Shown in pieces: positions 1 through 7,230 of a DNA stretch of 11,267 nucleotides. Made by a program: the position numbers and the translations under genes. The notes beneath the pieces were generated by a model. That model saw nothing but the letters and a program-made list of their open reading frames with translations, made no database searches and had not been told where the DNA came from. This DNA comes from a virus. The stretch is taken from IMG/VR virus record IMGVR_UViG_3300020577_012183; one strand, written 5' to 3'. Each line of letters starts with the position of its first letter. The first letter of the stretch is position 1.

Positions 1-227
1 GGTTTCCAGTGAATGTGAAAATGGTCTTGGATTTTCCACGCGTCTTTGAGTTGCATGAGCTCTCCTGACCTCATGATGAGGGCATCCCACTTGTCGCCCT
101 TCGTACCGTATCCTGTTTGACGCACACTGATCACAATTGCTAAATTTACAGGTTGTCGAGAATCAACTCGACGAAAATTGTCGTCGTACGACCTCTTAAT
201 TTGAAGAAGCGTTCCAGGTGCCCACAT
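1..227 (-). CDS. Partial small paralog (A-like family member) running off left window edge; hand-translated: MWAPGTLLQIKRSYDDNFRRVDSRQPVNLAIVISVRQTGYGTKGDKWDALIMRSGELMQLKDAWKIQDHFHIHWK...
   Basis: Minus-strand frame open from 242 to position 1 with ATG at 227..225. The PGT-hh-h-[KR]...R..R....N.A..IVI pattern parallels ORF 4641..4961 (LEPGTMVKLTERREGSSIKARNVPRSFNALLGEELDIVICDI). It is not in the supplied ORF track because it is edge-truncated. Confidence 0.35.
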   Translation of the reverse strand, partial: MWAPGTLLQIKRSYDDNFRRVDSRQPVNLAIVISVRQTGYGTKGDKWDALIMRSGELMQLKDAWKIQDHFHIHWK

Positions 228-237
228 GTAGATGTAC

Positions 238-468
238 TCAATTTACATCAAGCTTTGACTTAGGCCAGGCAATATCCTTTGCGATGTCAATCTCTGGGTG
301 GTCATGGTGAAGCGGATCAAAGTTGATGATCTTCAATTGTTGCTCTTTTCTCTTGGATCCCCATCGACCAAAGAACATCGCGACGTTGTGCAAACCCATC
401 ACGTGCAACCGCAATTGCAGTTCATCAAACAGCCTTCTGACGCTCATGAGTATACTTGTACTACACAT
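238..468 (-). CDS. Truncated paralog resembling C-terminal half of B/C/K-type family members (..FDELQLRLHVMGLHNVA.. vs C ..YHDELRNLKKIELLDIA..)
   Basis: ORF 238..474 on the minus strand has a GTG at 474 and an ATG at 468. Its motif [FY].DEL[RQ].L...L.[ILG]L.[IN][AV] is shared with ORFs 5389..5823 and 8608..8904. It lacks the N-terminal PGD β-barrel part. Confidence 0.35.
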   Translation of the reverse strand: MCSTSILMSVRRLFDELQLRLHVMGLHNVAMFFGRWGSKRKEQQLKIINFDPLHHDHPEIDIAKDIAWPKSKLDVN

Positions 469-484
469 CGTCACTGGTTACAAT
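456..484 (+). promoter_or_regulatory. Candidate sigma70-like promoter for the + strand block (-35 TTGTAC 456-461, 17-nt spacer, -10 TACAAT 479-484)
   Basis: Hexamers read directly from the sequence. It is followed by AAGGA at 494-498 and the ATG at 509. Confidence 0.25.
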
Positions 485-508
485 GACACATGACAAGGAT
501 ACGCTCAA

Positions 509-874
509 ATGAATAACATCGTGTGGACCTTTGAAGAAGCAGTAGAATTTTGTCGCGAACTTCGCGAACAGATTTTGCCGATTGGTTTCAATGTTGGACT
601 TACGGGTAGTTGTCTCTATTCAGGCAAGAGCTCAAAAGACATCGATGTCATCCTGTATCCGATGAAATCGCCTGGTCCGTGGGACTTCAAATCGCTTCGA
701 TGTGCCTTGCAGGTCGGCGGTCGATTGAAATGCATCAAAAACCGTGAAGAGGTCAATGGTGTTCGTGGAACTGGATATGACGGCAAGTCTGAGAATCCCA
801 TTGAAAGAGATAAGAAGTGGGTCGAAGTTTGGGACTACAAAGGCAAACGCGTTGACTTTTTCTTCATGGATTGA
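509..874 (+). CDS. Minimal nucleotidyltransferase-fold protein (121 aa)
   Basis: ATG at 509 with AAGGA 10 nt upstream. GLTGSCLYSGKSSKDIDVILY fits the hG[GS]x9-13 D-h-D-h NTase signature. A downstream acidic residue lies in ..RVDFFFMD. Confidence 0.55.
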   Translation: MNNIVWTFEEAVEFCRELREQILPIGFNVGLTGSCLYSGKSSKDIDVILYPMKSPGPWDFKSLRCALQVGGRLKCIKNREEVNGVRGTGYDGKSENPIERDKKWVEVWDYKGKRVDFFFMD

Positions 875-879
875 AAATC

Positions 880-1155
880 ATGCCTAACATAGACGACAAA
901 GAATTAGTGCCATCATGGATGCTTGTCGATGCGATGGTCGCTTTAGAACATCTTGTTAAGGCACTCGATGATTACGATGTCACGATCGAAACCACGTGTT
1001 GTCGACAATTGTGTGAATGGTGGCTCGAGCGCCAAGAAAAAGACAAAGATCGAATTCGACAAGAGGCTGCAATGAAGCTCACCGAATCAGAACGCAACGC
1101 ATTGGGCATCGACGACAAGGGTCAGAACCTCAGAAAGTCAAGGGTCATCAAGTGA
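880..1155 (+). CDS. Hypothetical acidic/helical protein (~91 aa)
   Basis: The ORF track starts at TTG 871; the first ATG is at 880. The frame has protein-like composition. Its stop TGA 1153-1155 overlaps GTG 1152 of the next ORF. Confidence 0.45.
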   Translation: MPNIDDKELVPSWMLVDAMVALEHLVKALDDYDVTIETTCCRQLCEWWLERQEKDKDRIRQEAAMKLTESERNALGIDDKGQNLRKSRVIK

Positions 1156-1907
1156 TTAAAGACGGCAAGTTAGACAAGAAAACCAAGAAGAAAATCAAGT
1201 CAGATGCTCGTCTCCAGGCATGGATAATTCGGCTTAGTAAGACGTGGCTCAGCGATTGGTGCACTTCAAACTTTGATCAACTCAAAAAGCTGGAAAGTGG
1301 GTGGATCACGATTCATCCAGAACACGGTCTCATTTGTCACAGTGCTATCAGCGAAGAAGATTTAGTAAATCGATGTCATCTTCTCATCAAACGTTCTGTA
1401 TTGAAATCATGCACTGGCATTACAGTTGAAGAAGCGATGAAAAAAGCTCAAATTAAGGAAGTTGATATCGTCGGCGGCGCACGTTGGACGACATTACAAT
1501 TACAACGTGATGACAATTTACCTCCTTTGGCAAACGTAGATGATGAATTGCCTCTTTACGAACCGCTTTCAGACACGACAGCTAGGTTCACTGAGAAGAC
1601 GCCTTATACTGTGAAGACACTTGCGGCAAAACATTCAATTCATGAAGCTAAAGTCTTGACCAAATTGAAAGACTTGGGTGCAGAGGGCATTTGGGGCTTC
1701 AACACAATCATAGATGATGAACTAGTTAATAAATTTGAGCAATCGCTTGAAAATAATTCAGACGTGCCGGAATCAGCAAAGACCAGCCCGCATAAGCAAC
1801 CTGACTACAAACCTGTGTCTAGGAACAGATCGCTTCCTTACGACAGAGACTTGGTTGTAGATGGTTACGGGCGTAGCCAACGTCTCAATAAGATGAGGAT
1901 GGATTGA
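1152..1907 (+). CDS. Hypothetical protein (~251 aa if GTG 1152 start; frame open from 1017)
   Basis: Long open frame. The track's 1017 start would overlap the upstream gene by 139 nt, and its N-terminus is an Arg-rich off-frame-like sequence. GTG at 1152 forms a GTGA overlap with the upstream stop. The real start is uncertain. Confidence 0.45.
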   Translation: MIKDGKLDKKTKKKIKSDARLQAWIIRLSKTWLSDWCTSNFDQLKKLESGWITIHPEHGLICHSAISEEDLVNRCHLLIKRSVLKSCTGITVEEAMKKAQIKEVDIVGGARWTTLQLQRDDNLPPLANVDDELPLYEPLSDTTARFTEKTPYTVKTLAAKHSIHEAKVLTKLKDLGAEGIWGFNTIIDDELVNKFEQSLENNSDVPESAKTSPHKQPDYKPVSRNRSLPYDRDLVVDGYGRSQRLNKMRMD

Positions 1908-2338
1908 TGAAAGAACGTTACGGCAGGATGTACGTCTGGCTCTGGCCTTCTGATTGTGTGCCGCCTCATGGCCTGGACATGACTGTGGGTGGGCGTGATG
2001 ACCTTAAGGTTGAAAAACTTCGGCATGCATTCAGCACACAAGGCTTTGATATGAGTGAACCTGCCTTGATCGGATACCCAAAGGACGGCAAGATTCAATT
2101 ATTGACTGGTACTCATCGCCATATGGCGGCTGAGCGTGCTAAGATCATGTTGCCAGTTGTCCTGCGTCTTCGCAGCATCGTTGAGGCGGCATGGGGAACT
2201 CACGATTGGATTGACCTTACTGCTGACATTCCTGTGCGAGAACTCGAATACGTCAAGGTCATCGATCATCCTGTGACGCGAGCTGACGCTGGATTGGGTG
2301 AACGACTCATTGATATCGATTGGCGGCAAGATGGATGA
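1907..2338 (+). CDS. ParB/Srx-fold nuclease-like domain protein (~143 aa)
   Basis: ATG at 1907 overlaps the upstream TGA (TGATG). The segment ..ALIGYPKDGKIQLLTGTHRHMAAERAKI.. resembles the ParB N-terminal/ParB-like nuclease core (..Y.LidG.HR..Aa...g). Confidence 0.5.
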   Translation: MKERYGRMYVWLWPSDCVPPHGLDMTVGGRDDLKVEKLRHAFSTQGFDMSEPALIGYPKDGKIQLLTGTHRHMAAERAKIMLPVVLRLRSIVEAAWGTHDWIDLTADIPVRELEYVKVIDHPVTRADAGLGERLIDIDWRQDG

Positions 2339-2504
2339 TGTTGAATACTGGCGCCGCAGAGCATTAGAAGCTGAAGCCAAACTGCAGAACGAAGAGAAAA
2401 AGAAGCTTGACGAAGCTACTGGTCCACGCTGTCGTGATTGTGGCGTGAGAAAAGCGTGTTATGGACTCCTATGTGGACCGTGTTGTTCTGATTACGACCT
2501 TTGA
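2331..2504 (+). CDS. Small Cys-rich zinc-ribbon-like protein (57 aa from ATG 2331; GTG 2298 alternative)
   Basis: CRDCGVRKACYGLLCGPCC gives a CxxC...C..CC pattern. The ATG at 2331 overlaps the upstream stop (ATGGATGA). Confidence 0.4.
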   Translation: MDDVEYWRRRALEAEAKLQNEEKKKLDEATGPRCRDCGVRKACYGLLCGPCCSDYDL

Positions 2505-2522
2505 CAACCACCTATTTAACAG

Positions 2523-2804
2523 GTGAAAATTCGCCTAGGCCGGTTGAAACGTATTATCAAAGAGACCGTTAACGGTGTCTATCCAGGTGGACCAACCCGA
2601 AACATCTTGTCTCCTGCGACCAGCAGTCGAGAGCAGATTGGTAGTCTGGCAGACGGTGATCCTATCGATTGTGTCGACAATCCAGAAGGCATGCCAAATC
2701 ATCTGTTCGAACCTGAGGTAGATCCGGATGATTGTTTTGGACCTGTGCCGCCTGATGCCGAAAAACCGTATCTGATGCAGGATCCTACGGTGAAAGACTA
2801 CTAA
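2523..2804 (+). CDS. Hypothetical acidic Pro/Asp-rich protein (start uncertain, GTG 2523 or TTG 2544)
   Basis: The open frame has no internal ATG near its 5' end. AGGTG is embedded at the GTG start. The sequence is low-complexity acidic. Confidence 0.3.
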   Translation: MKIRLGRLKRIIKETVNGVYPGGPTRNILSPATSSREQIGSLADGDPIDCVDNPEGMPNHLFEPEVDPDDCFGPVPPDAEKPYLMQDPTVKDY

Positions 2805-2859
2805 GATTTAGTGAACTTTTTCTTGTCTTGATGCGTCAAAGACCTGTAATCAAAGGCTG

Positions 2860-3792
2860 ATGTGCGTTTTGCAGATATTTATCTGCATGGCAAATGCATT
2901 TATAGTAGACTCTTCAGGTGGAATTTCTGGTTCATTGACTAACCTCGTTGATGGTACTTCGTACCTCGTTGCAGGTGATGGTATCTTGATCACGAGCCAA
3001 TCAAATGGTTCGGTAGTTGTAGCTTCAGCAGTTTCACCAACTGGTGTAAGCATGTTGTCTGCATCATATACATCTAGCGGCACATGGGTGTCACCTGTGA
3101 CTGGTATCGTTTTCATTCAAGGTTGTGGTGGCGGCGGAGGCGGGGGAGGCGGTTATACTGCTAGTTCACAACCGGGAGGTGGCGGAGGCGGAGGCGCTTT
3201 AGAATCAACTGTTCCTGTATTCGTGACATCAGGTAGTTCATACGCAATCGGTATTGGAGCTGGCGGCGCTGGAAGCAACGCAGGTACTCCCGCAAACAAA
3301 GGTTTGGTCGGTGGTGATACCACATTCGGATCTCTTGCTACGTTCGTCGGAGCTAGCGGTGGAGGTGGAGGAAATAACACTTCACTAGTCACGATCGGCG
3401 GTGGATTATGTTCAAAACAATCTGGGGCAACTTCTGTCACGACTGCAACTAACAAGAGTCTCTTGAATGGTTATTCATTACCTGACGCAGGATGTGTTCC
3501 TTCCCTTGCTGCAGGTGGTTGGGTTCACAGTTCTGGAGGAGGACAACCTGGCATGATGAACTGTATTGGCGGCTTCGCAGGCGGCGCGGGTACAGATTCA
3601 GTCACTAGTGGTGGTGGAGGCGGAGGCGCGGGACCTCGAGGTTCAGGTGGTGCTGGTGCCTCTGCTAATGGCACAGGTTCTTCTGCTTCAGCAAATACTG
3701 GAGCGGGCGGCGGTGGAGGCGGAGGTGGAACCTCTGCTGGTGCTGGTGGTGCTGGTGGATCAGGTTATCTGACTGTCATTTACCTGGGTTGA
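2860..3792 (+). CDS. Gly/Ser/Thr-rich repeat protein (310 aa), possible structural/fibre-like protein
   Basis: Long ORF with poly-Gly runs (GCGGGGGGGGGY, PGGGGGGGA, GAGGGGGGGGTSAGAGGAGGSG) and Ser/Thr-rich stretches. The antisense frames are the mirror-image Pro-rich ORFs. Confidence 0.55.
   Translation: MCVLQIFICMANAFIVDSSGGISGSLTNLVDGTSYLVAGDGILITSQSNGSVVVASAVSPTGVSMLSASYTSSGTWVSPVTGIVFIQGCGGGGGGGGGYTASSQPGGGGGGGALESTVPVFVTSGSSYAIGIGAGGAGSNAGTPANKGLVGGDTTFGSLATFVGASGGGGGNNTSLVTIGGGLCSKQSGATSVTTATNKSLLNGYSLPDAGCVPSLAAGGWVHSSGGGQPGMMNCIGGFAGGAGTDSVTSGGGGGGAGPRGSGGAGASANGTGSSASANTGAGGGGGGGGTSAGAGGAGGSGYLTVIYLG
3124..3199. repeat. GGN trinucleotide tracts (further tracts 3357-3374, 3601-3633, 3697-3760)
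   Basis: Runs of ggtggcggcggaggcgggggaggcggt and ggaggtggcggaggcggaggc are visible. These are simple-sequence tracts inside the Gly-rich CDS. Confidence 0.6.
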
Positions 3793-3804
3793 TATAATTC
3801 GTGG

Positions 3805-4632
3805 ATGGCGGACAAAAAACCTTTTGCTGCATTCACGATTGTTCGAAACGAACCATTCTTCTTACCAATCTGGTGTTCGTATTATGTACGAGCATTTGGT
3901 GAAGAGAACATTTACGTTCTAGACAATTCGACCTCTGATGCGAGCATTGAACGTGTCAGAGGTCGATGGCCTAAAATCAACATCAAATCAGTTCCGTCTG
4001 CACAAGCAAACGCTTGGGCATGGACAACAGACGTCGTTAAGTCATTTCAGGCATCAGCGCTGAAGGCTCACGACGTCGTTGTCTATGCTGATGCCGATGA
4101 ATTCTTGATTCCTAAATTTACTGATTTACACAGTTACTGTGAGATATTCCGAAGTTCAGATCGTCAATACGTTCGTGCTTGTGGGTGGGGAGTGATTCAA
4201 AACATTGATAAAGAACATCAAGTTGATGTCACCGGTCCTGTACTTCAAGATCGCAGAGAGGCGTGGAGAACGCCTAGATACGATAAGACATTGATATCGA
4301 AAATCCCATTACCATGGGCTAAAGGCTTACACACCATCTACGATGCCAGTGGCCACAAGATGTCAGATGATCCTGTCGATCACGACATGTCACTTGTTCA
4401 TTTACGCGATGTCGATTTAACGTTGTTACACCAGAGATCTCTTGAACGATCTAAAATGGTCCCATATCTTGATCAATACGGTTGTGCTAGTCTGTATCAC
4501 GGATCAACAAACATTGAGCACTTGAAGACATATTTCAGGACTCGAGTGGCGCCTTGGAATCCCAAGACAATTGAAGAATTCACCAACGAAGTTCAACTAG
4601 TTCCTGAACACTGGCGAAGATCAATTGTGTGA
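3805..4632 (+). CDS. GT-A fold glycosyltransferase (Glyco_tranf_2_4 / GT92-like pattern)
   Basis: FTIVRNEPFFLPIWCSYYVRAFGEENIYVLDNSTSD and VVVYADADEFLIP (DxD) match the ivkNE...G.d.iyvyDn.StD...DaDEfl consensus recalled for this family. Confidence 0.65.
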   Translation: MADKKPFAAFTIVRNEPFFLPIWCSYYVRAFGEENIYVLDNSTSDASIERVRGRWPKINIKSVPSAQANAWAWTTDVVKSFQASALKAHDVVVYADADEFLIPKFTDLHSYCEIFRSSDRQYVRACGWGVIQNIDKEHQVDVTGPVLQDRREAWRTPRYDKTLISKIPLPWAKGLHTIYDASGHKMSDDPVDHDMSLVHLRDVDLTLLHQRSLERSKMVPYLDQYGCASLYHGSTNIEHLKTYFRTRVAPWNPKTIEEFTNEVQLVPEHWRRSIV

Positions 4633-4640
4633 TTAATACG

Positions 4641-4961
4641 TCACAGTCGTTCAACAACGGTATCTGAGGACGCGACCCAAACAGGTCGACCTTCCCACAA
4701 CACCAGATAAAATTCATTGGCCGGTGGTGAGAAACCATACGGCCCACGTCCTTTTTTCCTCATGGCTGCATTGAATGCATCAGGCTGGCTGTTGATGAAG
4801 AGGGCGTGAGTTTCATTTGGAATATCACAAATGACAATATCCAATTCTTCTCCCAACAACGCATTGAATGACCTCGGAACGTTCCTCGCCTTGATGCTTG
4901 AACCTTCACGACGTTCAGTCAATTTGACCATGGTTCCGGGTTCAAGTTTCGTCGTCATCAT
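4641..4961 (-). CDS. Small paralog A (106 aa), array family
   Basis: N-terminus KLEPGTMVKL and a later ..EFYLVLWEG.. motif. It overlaps B's 3' end by 20 nt. Confidence 0.45.
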   Translation of the reverse strand: MMTTKLEPGTMVKLTERREGSSIKARNVPRSFNALLGEELDIVICDIPNETHALFINSQPDAFNAAMRKKGRGPYGFSPPANEFYLVLWEGRPVWVASSDTVVERL

Positions 4962-5325
4962 TCACCGTCACGTCTCGTTCTGTCGGCATGCTCGTGATGT
5001 TGGCACCCTTCGATTTCGCCCATTCCTTGATGAAGTTATCGAATGTCAGGCGAATGATTCCCATGTCTAACAGGCTGAGATTTTTCAAGTGATTGCTAGA
5101 GATGGTGAATGATGCAGCCTCGACGACGGCGCCGACGGGATTCTCAATGTCATATGCGGGTCTCAACCGATACTTGGGTTCTTGGTGTATGTCGGTTGCC
5201 GCCGCAGGAATGACCTGCACGACCTGATAGATAAGGCGCCGTTGAAAAGGTGAGTACTCAGTCACCTTGCCTGTCCACATCACAATGTCACCAACGTTTA
5301 GCTTTTCAAGTGGCTTCGGTGTCAC
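4942..5325 (-). CDS. Small paralog B (127 aa; GTG start with GGTGA SD)
   Basis: PLEKLNVGDIVMW... and the C-terminal LKNLSLLDMGII parallel paralog C. Confidence 0.55.
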   Translation of the reverse strand: MTPKPLEKLNVGDIVMWTGKVTEYSPFQRRLIYQVVQVIPAAATDIHQEPKYRLRPAYDIENPVGAVVEAASFTISSNHLKNLSLLDMGIIRLTFDNFIKEWAKSKGANITSMPTERDVTVNDDDET

Positions 5326-5388
5326 TGTGGGTCACCCATATTGAGAAGGTGGAATCTATCAATGGTCATGTGCAGGTTATATCGTGTG

Positions 5389-5823
5389 TCACTCGTGGGC
5401 ATTATCAACCTGTTGAGCAGTCTCTGAGACCATCCCACCCTTGACGGCCAGATCGCGAATTATGTTACCTAATTCAGCATACTTCGTGGCGATATCGAGG
5501 AGTTCAATCTTTTTCAAATTACGTAATTCATCATGATAAATGATCAATGTTGAATCTGCACCGCCTGGTGCCTTTCCTTTGCGTGTTGGAAAGAAAGTGA
5601 AAATCGGCCGAATTCGCAAATAACCACGAACTTCCATGGGCTTCATTTTCTTTCCCGACACTGGATGAAAAACTGTTTCATATATGCTAAGACGTTTTTC
5701 CTTAGCTATGGGCGATTCATAATTCATCGTAATCTGGTAGATGACACCACCCGTTGATTCCTTGTCAGAAGCGAAGGTGACGATATCACCAATTTTCAAA
5801 CCAATTTTTTCAAGTGTATTCAT
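5389..5823 (-). CDS. Small paralog C (144 aa)
   Basis: MNTLEKIGLKIGDIVTFASDKESTGGVIYQI, with a C-terminal IELLDIATKYAELGNIIRD. GGAAGA SD upstream. ATGA overlap with D at 5820-5823. Confidence 0.6.
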   Translation of the reverse strand: MNTLEKIGLKIGDIVTFASDKESTGGVIYQITMNYESPIAKEKRLSIYETVFHPVSGKKMKPMEVRGYLRIRPIFTFFPTRKGKAPGGADSTLIIYHDELRNLKKIELLDIATKYAELGNIIRDLAVKGGMVSETAQQVDNAHE

Positions 5824-6551
5824 GACTCATCATCTTCCGGATCTGAGGGTTGATGGGATGGGCTCGTCGTCACTGTTTTCGATGTCGGTATCTGCCACTT
5901 TTGCGAAAGAGGATTTGCTACTGACAATTGTGTTTGAGCTTGTTGTTGTTGTATCACGCTGCGTATCAATTCTGCTTGTCTCGCTTTCATGCGTGATTTC
6001 TTTGTGTTTTCGTCTTCGACTACGGGTGGAGCGAATATATCCTTGACGATACGTCTGATACCAAATGACCAATTCTTGAATGATTTTACTTTCGACCAAC
6101 ACTTGCGAAATGTCGAAGACAAACATCTGTAGGATCTCCAAAACATTTTAACCGGCCAATGACCTGTGTTGCATCGCTCTGTTAATTTGACGTCTGGATA
6201 CTGATAATCCATATGAAAGATCAGACCTTGAGGAAGTTTCATGGGTTGAACAGTTACCATTTGTTGAGCGAGGGCTGGATAATTGACTCGCCTCATGATG
6301 GGAAACACGAAGTTGCTGAAGATGTCTTGACTGTAGGGTTCAACCGACCACAGAATGGTCAGCTGTTCATCGTTGACTGCGATGACAATTCCTTGACCTC
6401 CGTCCTTGATGTGCTTTACCTGATCACCAGGCTTGAGGATGTCGATACCACCTTCACGAATAAAAGGCCATGGGTCGGCATAATCCGTCGGAGGAAGCGT
6501 GGATGGATATTTGTCGCTGTACGTGCGATCGTATGTTTTAAGGCTGCTCAT
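5820..6551 (-). CDS. Paralog D (243 aa, double length; PGD-LWS unit plus long low-complexity tail)
   Basis: ..RPF-like lead-in DPWPFIREGGIDILKPGDQVKHIKDGGQGIVIAVNDEQLTILWSVEP. ATGA overlap with E at 6548-6551. The 3' half also has an alternative open frame, 5830..6141. Confidence 0.5.
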   Translation of the reverse strand: MSSLKTYDRTYSDKYPSTLPPTDYADPWPFIREGGIDILKPGDQVKHIKDGGQGIVIAVNDEQLTILWSVEPYSQDIFSNFVFPIMRRVNYPALAQQMVTVQPMKLPQGLIFHMDYQYPDVKLTERCNTGHWPVKMFWRSYRCLSSTFRKCWSKVKSFKNWSFGIRRIVKDIFAPPVVEDENTKKSRMKARQAELIRSVIQQQQAQTQLSVANPLSQKWQIPTSKTVTTSPSHQPSDPEDDES

Positions 6552-6850
6552 TTACGTCCACACTTGCAGTTTGATTCTCGACACCAACGTTGACCCGTGA
6601 CTGTACACAAACGTTCAACTGAATTCTTAGGAAGATAAAAATCTTCTTCTATAGACATCGGATTCCAACGAGGTTCGATAGACCACAACACCAAGAAGTC
6701 AGATTTGTTACGAGCTATGAGAACTCCAAACCCACCTTCTCTTTCATGTGTCACCAAATCTCCTGGTCTTTTTCGATGAAATGGGCGTTTCCATTTTTCA
6801 ATGCCAACGGTATGGATGTTCCCAGAATCTGGGTGCAATCGTAAGGTCAT
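6548..6850 (-). CDS. Paralog E (100 aa)
   Basis: KRPFHRKRPGDLVTHEREGGFGVLIARNKSDFLVLWSIEP. ATGA overlaps on both sides. Confidence 0.6.
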   Translation of the reverse strand: MTLRLHPDSGNIHTVGIEKWKRPFHRKRPGDLVTHEREGGFGVLIARNKSDFLVLWSIEPRWNPMSIEEDFYLPKNSVERLCTVTGQRWCRESNCKCGRK

Positions 6851-7230
6851 GATTTTTCATCATTTTCAGGAAGATCAAGCAGTTTGATCGTTGAATAAAA
6901 ATCTGTTTGAACAGGTTTTTCAGCATAACTCGGACGTGTCATGATGCCCTTCCGAGGCATGAAATCAGATGCATCGAACACTACGGGCTCTTTCAAAACT
7001 GGAATGTATGGTGTATCAACAAAACCAGCGTCGGGCATCTCCGGAGACGTCGACCACAAGACTGAGACTTCTTCGTCGCTAATTGCAACGATCATCCCAA
7101 CGCCAGTTCCAGCAATAGTCGTGACAGAGTCACCAGGTGCAAACGGGCGGGCTTCATTCCCACGAAGACTGGATTCTGCCCACGTGATGCTATGTGCCCC
7201 CGCACTTTTTCTATTGTACGTCTTAAGCAT
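6847..7230 (-). CDS. Paralog F (127 aa from ATG 7230; track start 7233 is TTG)
   Basis: MLKTYNRK...RPFAPGDSVTTIAGTGVGMIVAISDEEVSVLWSTSP...DASDFMPRKGIMTRPSY. Confidence 0.6.
   Translation of the reverse strand: MLKTYNRKSAGAHSITWAESSLRGNEARPFAPGDSVTTIAGTGVGMIVAISDEEVSVLWSTSPEMPDAGFVDTPYIPVLKEPVVFDASDFMPRKGIMTRPSYAEKPVQTDFYSTIKLLDLPENDEKS

Noticed and set aside
117-146. sigma70-like promoter TTGACG-18nt-TAAATT on the + strand, plus small palindromes at 155-172 (GTCGAG..CTCGAC) and 183-192 (GTCGTACGAC)
   Set aside because: They lie inside the minus-strand partial paralog ORF (1-227), no plus-strand gene lies downstream for about 360 nt, and they are probably chance matches. The palindromes might still be protein-binding sites, but there is no supporting context.
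298-486. + strand 62-aa ORF
   Set aside because: It is antisense to the minus-strand ORF 238-474, which shows family similarity. Its own translation is not protein-like and it has no RBS.
616-2380. - strand ORFs 616..801, 1865..2098 and 2099..2380, antisense to + strand genes
   Set aside because: They are embedded antisense within better-supported plus-strand genes that carry RBSs and overlap coupling. Their composition is not protein-like.
2805-2859. T-run plus weak inverted repeat (GTCTTGATGCGTCAAAGAC) upstream of the Gly-rich gene as a terminator
   Set aside because: The stem is imperfect and short (4-5 bp). The T-run precedes rather than follows the stem.
2850-3772. - strand ORFs 2850..3116 and 3153..3455 (Pro-rich), and + strand ORF 3566..3772, overlapping the Gly-rich gene
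   Set aside because: They are mirror-image or alternative frames of GGN repeats (the complement of GGN gives CCN and so poly-Pro). The long plus-strand Gly-rich frame is the coherent one.
5326-5388. Possible - strand promoter (TTGATA ... TCAATA/TATGGG) in the 63-nt gap between C and B
   Set aside because: Spacer lengths do not fit (12 nt, or else a poor -10), and GGTGA is better explained as B's SD.
4831-5444. + strand ORFs 4831..5070 and 5250..5444; - strand ORF 8320..8538; + strand ORF 7669..7860
   Set aside because: They are antisense or alternative frames of array members A, B, C, J and H.
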